NCBI GenBank assembly: GCA_002269645.1
Contig: NIVC01002503.1
Location: 1-64,000, forward strand
Length of the DNA stretch: 64,000 nucleotides
Reading direction: 5' to 3'
Origin: Macrostomum lignano
Lineage: Eukaryota
The position numbers and the translations under genes were made by a program. The notes below the pieces were generated by a model. It searched no databases and was not told the origin of the DNA. It saw only the letters and a list, made by a program, of their open reading frames with translations. How positions within the stretch are numbered: the stretch's first letter is position 1; each line of letters opens with the position of its first letter. Shown in pieces: positions 56,901-64,000 of this stretch.

Positions 56901-58273
56901 CCCAGCACGAGCAGCAGCTGGAGGCCAAGGAGGCCCGGCTGGCAGCCGAGCGAGCCGAGGAGGAGCGCTACCGGCAGCAGATGCTGGCCAAGTTTGCCGA
57001 GGACGACCGGTTAGAGCAGATGAATGCGCAGAAACGGCGCCTAAAACAGGCGGAGCACAAGCGCGAGGTCGAACGACTTCTGGAGGAGCGCCGGGCAGCG
57101 TTCGCGGCGCAGCGCCAGGCCGAGGACGCTGCGGCGGAGCAGGAGCGCCAGCAGGAGGAGTACCGACGTCGCATTGTGGAGGAGGAGCGGCAGAGGCTCG
57201 TGCGCGAGCACGCCAGCAAGTGAGTTGCCAAGGGAGCCGGCTGAACTTCTTCAAGTGATGGTCGGCTTTGCTGGGATCTTGGCTCCCCAAATAATTGATT
57301 AGAGTTTGAGAATCTTTGGATTTGGGATACTTAATAACTCAGAGACGTGAGGATTTATGTATAGGAATTGGGATTTTTGAGGATTTTTGAGGATTTCTAG
57401 GTAGGATCGGGGATTTTATGGATCTTTGAGTAAGATTGAGATTTTAGAGATCTTTGAATAGGATTGGGATTTTAAAAAGCTTTGTTTAAATAGCATCAGG
57501 GATTTTATGGATATTTGGATAGATTTTGGAATTTTAGGGATCTCTAAGTTCTCGTAGGATCGGCGATTTTAAAGGATCTTTGAGTAGGATTGGGGATTTT
57601 GGGGATCTTTAAGTAGAATTGGAGATTTTAGGGATCTTTGAGTAGGATTGGGGATTTGGGAATCTTTGAGTAGAATTGGAGATTTTAGAGATCTTTGAGT
57701 AGGATTAGGGATTTTAAAGGATCTTTGAGTAGGATTGAAGATTTTAGGGATCTTTGAGTAGAATTGAAGATTTTAGAGATCTTTGGGTAGGATCGGGGAT
57801 TTATGGGATCTTTGACTAGGATCGGGGATTCGGGGATCATTAGGTAGGATTGGGGATTTTAGGGATCTTTAAGTAGTATTGGGGATTTTGGAAAGCTTTG
57901 AGTAGGATTTGGGATCTTAAGGAATCTTTGAGTAGGATTGGGGATTTTAAGGATCTGGATTGGGGATTTTAGGTATCTTTTAGTAGGATTGGGGATTTTA
58001 GGGATCTTTGAGTAGGATTTGGGATCTTAAGGAATCTTTGAGTAGGATTGGGGATTTTGGGGGATCTTTGAGTAGGATTGGGGATTCGTTAGTCTTAAAT
58101 CCCAAATTCCGATTCGCATTCATTCCAATCTGCAATCTGAAACCTATTCCAGACTCATCGGCTACCTGCCCCGCGGGGTGATTCTGTCCGAGGCCGACCT
58201 CGAACTGCTCGGCCCGGAAGCGGCCGCCGAGTACCGGCGTCGCAAAGCCGAAGACGGCGAGGACTTTTACTGA
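53927..58273 (+). CDS. MNS1: Meiosis-specific nuclear structural protein 1 (axonemal coiled-coil protein), 6 coding exons, 491 aa: 53927-54058, 54548-54736, 54829-55029, 55571-55984, 56801-57219, 58153-58273
   Basis: KDEKMRQQIRE..ELEAKLRAAY..KERAAQ, LKEKLMIDEIVR, MLAKFAEDDRLEQMNAQKRRLKQAEH and EHASKLIGYLPRGV match MNS1 as remembered. All phases are compatible. Confidence 0.93.
55079..55499 (-). repeat. ~74-bp tandem repeat (6 CTAG-ended units), each unit TC...hairpin...CTAG, Helitron-like
   Basis: GACTAGC recurs about every 74 bp, with a CCCTTAAGGG-type palindrome ~8-11 nt from CTAG. The repeat is certain; the Helitron origin is inference. Confidence 0.7.
56153..56569. mobile_element. Second (inverted, one end lost) copy of the MITE at 20267-20686
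   Basis: Begins TA|ACTAGATAGGCCACTCAG and is colinear with the reverse complement of copy 1 to ~56569. Confidence 0.8.
57330..58085. repeat. Degenerate ~29-bp repeat (GGGATCTTTGAGTAGGATTGGGGATTTTA)
   Basis: Direct reading. It lies in the last MNS1 intron. Confidence 0.8.
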
Positions 58274-58341
58274 AATTTGGACAATTAATCTCCGTCAGGT
58301 GTGATGATTATAATCCTAAGATTATATTACTAAAAAATTTG

Positions 58342-58347
58342 AATAAA
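58342..58347 (+). terminator. Probable polyadenylation signal AATAAA of MNS1
   Basis: About 70 nt downstream of the stop codon. Confidence 0.5.
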
Positions 58348-59019
58348 ATACGGTCTTTTCCATATAAAAATGCATGCCTTCAGTTATTTTGCAGTTGTTT
58401 TTTTGATTTGTTAAAATAACTGTTTTCTCAAAATTTTGGTAATGAATTTGCAGCACACGCTACTGCTGCATCGAGTTGGTCAGTAGTGTTTTTGTGAACA
58501 TCGCTGTCGCTTTAGTAAATACAGGACCCGATGTTGCCTTGTTGAAGTTTTTTTCTCTTCAGAGCTTTCTATGAAACGCTCTTGACCCTCAAATGATCCG
58601 TGTCCAAAATGGGATGTTTTCAAGTCCGTCCACTTTGACACAGAAACAAAGTTTTATCTAGCTATTTATGCTTTATTATCACACTTGGCTCTGTTGTCTG
58701 GCCAATTTCAGTTCAAATGTAGCTTTAAAATTCTATATTTTCTCTATTTACTACTTACTAACATTCTCAGTGTAAGTAGTATTTCGAGGGTGAAGATTGC
58801 CAGTTAATAATCAAATATAAATAAAATAAAATAAGCTGTGATGTGTAGCCCTGCTAATAATGTTTGAATACTGGCAATTCGCCAAGACTAACCGTTTGTG
58901 AGCTCACTTTGACTTTATTTTTACGATGTTGGTAAGACTCAGTGAAAGCCTTATGGATTTTTGTGGTCCAACAACGTACCGCAGATCAGTCTGAAAGCTG
59001 CTGACCTACTCTCAGATTT

Positions 59020-60725
59020 TTAGGGCCACCACCGTTCTTTGTTGATCCTTTTTTGGGCCACCACCGTTCCTTGTAATCCTTTTGGGGCCACCACCTTTTC
59101 CTGTGATCTTTTTAGGGCCACCACCTTTTCCTGTGATCTTTTTAGGGCCACCACCGTTCCTTGTGATTCTTTGGGGCCATCACCGTTCCATGTTGATCTT
59201 TTGGGGCCACCACCTTCCCTGTGATTCTTTGGGGCCACCACCGTTTCCTGTGATTCTTTTTGGGCCACCGCCGTTCCCTGTGATCCTTTTGGGGCCAACA
59301 ACGTTCCCTGTTTATCTTTTGTGGCCATCACCGTTCCCTGTGATTCTTTGGGGCCATCACCGTTCCCTGTGATTCTTTGGGGCCACCACCGTTCCCTGTT
59401 TATCTTTTGGGGCCACCACCTTCCCTGTGATTCTTTGGGGCCACCACCTTCCCTGTGATTCTTTGGGGCCACCACCTTCCCTGTGATTCTTTGGGGCCAC
59501 CACCTTCCCTGTGATTCTTTGGAGCCACCACTGTTCCCTGTGATTCTTTGGGGCCACCACCGCTCCTGTGATTCTTTGGGGCCACCACCGTTCCCTGTAA
59601 TTCTTTGGGGCCACCACCGCTCCTGTGATTCTTTGGGGCCACCACCGTTCCCTGTGATTCTTTGGGGCCACCACCTTCCCTGTAATTCTTTGGGGCCATC
59701 ACCGTTCCATGTTGATCTTTTGGGGCACCACCTTCCCTGTGATTCTTTGGGGCCACCACCGTTTCCTGTGATTCTTTTTGGGCCACCGCCGTTCCCTGTG
59801 ATCCTTTTGGGGCCAACAACGTTCCCTGTTTATCTTTTGTGGCCATCACCGTTCCCTGTGATTCTTTGGGGCCATCACCGTTCCCTGTGATTCTTTGGGG
59901 CCATCACCGTTCCCTGTGATTCTTTGGGGCCACCACCGTTCCCTGTTTATCTTTTGGGGCCACCACCTTCCCTGTGATTCTTTGGGGCCACCACCTTCCC
60001 TGTGATTCTTTGGGGCCACCACTGTTCCCTGTGATTCTTTGGGGCCACCACCGCTCCTGTGATTCTTTGGGGCCACCACCGTTCCCTGTAATTCTTTGGG
60101 GCCACCACCGCTCCTGTGATTCTTTGGGGCCACCACCGTTCCCTGTGATTCTTTGGGGCCACCACCTTCCCTGTAATTCTTTGGGGCCATCACCGTTCCA
60201 TGTTGATCTTTTGGGGCCACCACCTTCCCTGTGATTCTTTGGGGCCACCACCGTTTCCTGTGATTCTTTTTGGGCCACCGCCGTTCCCTGTGATCCTTTT
60301 GGGGCCAACAACGTTCCCTGTTTATCTTTTGTGGCCATCACCGTTCCCTGTGATTCTTTGGGGCCACCACCTTCCCTGTGATTCTTTGGGGCCACCACCG
60401 TTCCCTGTTTATCTTTTGGGGCCACCACCTTCCCTGTGATTCTTTGGGGCCACCACCTTCCCTGTGATTCTTTGGGGCCACCACCTTCCCTGTGATTCTT
60501 TGGGGCCACCACCGTTCCCTGTGATTCTTTGGGGCCACCACCGCTCCTTGTGATCCTTTTAGGGCCACTACCGCTCCTGTGATTCTTTGGGGCCACCGCC
60601 GTTCCCTGTGATTCTTTGGGGCCACCACCGCTCCTGTGATTCTTTGGGGCCAACACCGTTCCCTGTGATTCTTTGGGGCCACCACCGTTCCCTGTGATTC
60701 TTTGGGGCCACCACCGCTCCTTGTT
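59020..60725. repeat. ~29-bp minisatellite TCTTTGGGGCCACCACCGTTCCCTGTGAT with ~500-bp higher-order blocks
   Basis: Direct reading. A diagnostic variant block recurs at 59177, 59696 and 60187. Confidence 0.95.
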
Positions 60726-60998
60726 GATCTTTTTTGAGTTTTTTAGGTTGGGGCCAAGGCAATTCGTGTTTATAAAATTTAATGGTTGAAGGTCTGTGCG
60801 TACTTCTTGTGTTTCAATGCACTGGAAGTTGGGAATTATTATTTTTTTGGATCAGCAAGCGACCCGCCGTCTGTCATGAAAGGTTAGAGTGCAGCGTTTT
60901 CACATGAAAATACTGAAGTGTGAGCTGAGCCTTGAGATTGGTTAATCCTATGAGCTTACTTTCTTTATCGATTGACTTCCAATATCGGTCTATATAAA

Positions 60999-61906
60999 TC
61001 AGTACTGAAAGTATATATAATACACTATTTTAGTGTTGGTAAAGTCCTGAAGCCATTTTTCTGGGAATTGCTCATCTTCTCTCGCAGCTCTTCCTCTTGG
61101 TTTTCCCTTCAGCAGCTCGGGCTTCGAGCTCTCGGTAAGGGATATCAGTTTCAAGTCCCCCCTCCAACCAGTCTCTCTGTTGGAAGAAATTCCAAATGAA
61201 GATTTATATTTTTCTCCTGCCCCGACTCAATTCGTATTGGTCGTTGACTGACTGCATAGTGCAAGTGGGCGACCGATGGGGGAGGGCGAGCGACCTCCTT
61301 GGCGCTCAGGAAAAGCCTCATCTCTCAGCGGCCCTGACAACCAATCGTTATATAGGATAGAAAAGTCTGCCTTACCTCCTCCATTCTGCTTCTTTTTCTG
61401 TCGCTGTTCTATTAGAAGCTTGGATCATCTTCTTCTTTTTACTTTTTATATCGTTCAGTTCTGGTTGAGTCTCCCAGAGGATCCGGTACCTACTGTCAGA
61501 TTATTTTCTTGCAAGACAGCCAAGTTGTACCGGTACTCTCAACTAAAAAACCTGATTGATGGCGCCCAGCAGGCAGCCGTTTCAACAATCGGCATTTGTT
61601 GGCACTACTTGCGTGTATGTAACCAGCTTATTTGGTTTGATAATGACTTTGCTATTGACCTACAGCTGTTCCGGTAAGCTGATATATACGTTAACTATTA
61701 TAACTACAGTACATTCCTTAGATTCTTGACTTTACAGTATATGAGATTTTATTATAGAGTATAAGCAGCTTGGCGTATGCTGAGGGTCAGATTGCACCTA
61801 AATAAAACAGGCTCATCCATTTCGTCAGAGGTTTTCGACGAATGACAGGAGCCAAACTTTTTGCTAGATCTTTCTTGGATGTGAGTGACATCCACGATCC
61901 ACCCGT
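60999..61906. other. Probable exons of an unidentified gene; strand unresolved
   Basis: Phase-compatible three-exon chains can be built on either strand (see findings). No homology recognised. Confidence 0.35.
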
Positions 61907-61931
61907 CTAAGAGACAGAGGTAGGAGCGCTC

Positions 61932-62818
61932 ACAGGGGCGCCAACCAAGAGACAGGGGCGCCAACCAAGAGACAGGGGCGCCAACCAAAAGACAGGGGCG
62001 CCAACCAAGAGACAGGGGCGCCAACCAAGAGACAGGGGCGCCAATTAAGAGACAGGGACGCCCACCAAGAGACAGGGGCGCCAACCAAGAGACAGGGGCG
62101 CCAACCAAAAGACAGGGGCGCCAACCAAGAGACAGGGGCGCCAACCAAGAGACAGGGGCGCCAACCAAGAGACAGGGGCGCCAACCAAAAGACAGGGGCG
62201 CCAACCAAAAGACAGGGGCGCCAACCAAGAGACAGGGGCGCCAATTAAGAGACAGGGACGCCCACCAAGAGACAGGGGCGCCAACCAAGAGACAGGGGCG
62301 CCAACCAAGAGACAGGGGCGCCAACCAAGAGACAGGGGCGCCAACCAAGAGACAGGGGCGCCAACCAAGAGACAGGGGCGCCAATTAAGAGACAGGGACG
62401 CCCACCAAGAGACAGGGACGCCAACCAAGAGACAGGGGCGCCAACCAAGAGACAGGGGCGCCAACCAAGAGACAGGGGCGCCAACCAAGAGACAGGGGCG
62501 CCAACCAAGAGACAGGGGCGCCAACCAAGAGACAGAGACGCCAACCAAGAGACAGGGGCGCCAACCAAGAGACAGGGGCGCCAACCAAGAGACAGGGGCG
62601 CCAACCAAAAGACAGGGGCGCCAACCAAGAGACAGGGGCGCCAACCAAGAGACAGGGGCGCCAACCAAGAGACAGGGGCGCCAACCAAGAGACAGGGGCG
62701 CCAACCAAGAGACAGGGGCGCCAACCAAGAGACAGGGGCGCCAACCAAGAGACAGGGACGCCAACCAAGGGACAAGAAAGCTAACCAAGAGACAAGGGCG
62801 CCCACCAAGAGACAGGCG
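61932..62818. repeat. 20-bp minisatellite CAGGGGCGCCAACCAAGAGA (~44 copies)
   Basis: Direct reading. Confidence 0.96.
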
Positions 62819-63524
62819 CTAACAGGACTCAAATTGGCTGACTTAATGACGAGAAAGTCAGGCTGTCAGGGCCGCTGTAAACCCTATTTACCATCTCTGG
62901 AATTCAGGGCGTTTAAAATCCTTAAAAAGAACATTGGAGGTGAACTCTAAGCGTTATGCATATACATGAACACATGTACATGTATAGTTAGCGTTTCGTG
63001 TGCACATGCAGAAGCCAATGCAAGAGATCTGCGACAAAACTACTTCAGTGTCTTTAGACAGAATAAATTTGCAAGGCATACTAATACTTTACCTAGTAAG
63101 AATGCAGGTACTTCTTTTTGGGCAACAAAAGTTCACAATGTCCACAATGATTTGACTGCGGTATAAACATTGTCTTCCCTATATAAAGTCAGCAATTTTG
63201 GTGTAGTGGACCAAAACAAGAAATTGCAGGCCTATCAAGTGGCCTGAAAAAAAAATAGCGTATATAAAGTTTGTTTGGCATCTGGTGTCCAGGTTGTATT
63301 TAGAGTGCTTATAATGAATTTACTGGCTAAAGTTATGTCTGCAATAAAGATATCAATCGACTGTATTTTTACAAAACAAACCTGACCGCGTCATTTTTTT
63401 ACTCTTTACAAAGTCGTCCTTCAAAAGGGATATTAGTGCACCGTCTTTTCACTGGCCATAAAAGCAGCTTTTTCTGGGCCAAAAAATTACTTTGCCGTTT
63501 CTATTTGAGCCAGCAGCGTTCCTT

Positions 63525-64000
63525 TGGTGACACGGCCATCGCTTTCTGTGATCCTTTTGGGGCCACCACCGTTCCCTGTGATCCTTTTGGGACCACCACC
63601 GTTCCCTGTGATCCTTTTGGGGCCAGCACTGTTCCATGTGAATCTTTGGGGCCATCACGGTTTCCTGTATTTCTTTGGGGCCCAATGCCGTTCCCTGTGA
63701 TCCTTTTGGGGCCACCACCGTTCCCTGTGATCCTTTTGGGGCCAGCACTGTTCCATGTGAATCTTTGGGGCCATCACGGTTTCCTGTATTTCTTTGGGGC
63801 CCAATGCCGTTCCCTGTGATCCTTTTGGGGCCACCACCGTTCCCTGTGATCCTTTTGGGGCCATCACGGTTTTCTGTAATTTTTTGGGGCCACCACCGCT
63901 CGTTGCTGATATTTTTGGGACAACCACCGTACCTTGTGATTCTTTTAGGGCCAGTACTGTTCCCTGTAATTCTTTGGGGCCACCACCGTTTCATGTGATT
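63525..64000. repeat. Second array of the ~29-bp minisatellite family of 59020-60725, running off the window
   Basis: Same GGGGCCACCACCGTTCCCTGTGAT core. Confidence 0.92.

Noticed and set aside
61326-62877. 14-bp inverted repeat CAGCGGCCCTGACA / TGTCAGGGCCGCTG as hAT-like TIRs
   Set aside because: Flanking 8-mers match at only 5/8 positions and the interior looks like host exons plus a minisatellite. Chance is not excluded, so it is not called.

Overview
This is eukaryotic (invertebrate animal-type) genomic DNA with canonical GT-AG introns, GC-richer exons and introns packed with unrelated minisatellites. The style recalls repeat-rich flatworm genomes such as Macrostomum, but the species cannot be established from this window. 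I assembled these spliced genes by hand, with all intron phases consistent: FAM227-like (11 exons, minus), ERICH2 (single exon, minus), an SLC15/PEPT peptide transporter (4 exons, minus), PRDX4 (3 exons, plus) and MNS1 (6 exons, plus). There is also one KCTD-type BTB exon (minus). Mobile DNA includes a nearly intact hAT transposon (14-bp TIRs, 8-bp TSD, one 1-nt frameshift) inserted in a G-rich 23-bp satellite, two copies of a tRNA-derived SINE, two copies of a MITE and several nested TIR elements. The best candidate for novelty is the ~655-bp tandem array at 1-6540. Each unit carries a symmetric phase 1-1 exon with canonical splice sites, encoding a ~90-aa repeat with a length-variable poly-Ala tract and a KRKRR motif, so it looks like an in-frame intragenic exon expansion rather than a plain satellite. 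Other leads are a head-to-tail TC...hairpin-CTAG concatemer resembling 74-bp mini-Helitrons, a minisatellite whose unit contains a Pol III B-box, and sharply bounded CpG-depleted, AGGCCT-rich blocks around PRDX4. Most long ORFs in the supplied track are artefacts of the repeats. All counts and coordinates were made by eye.
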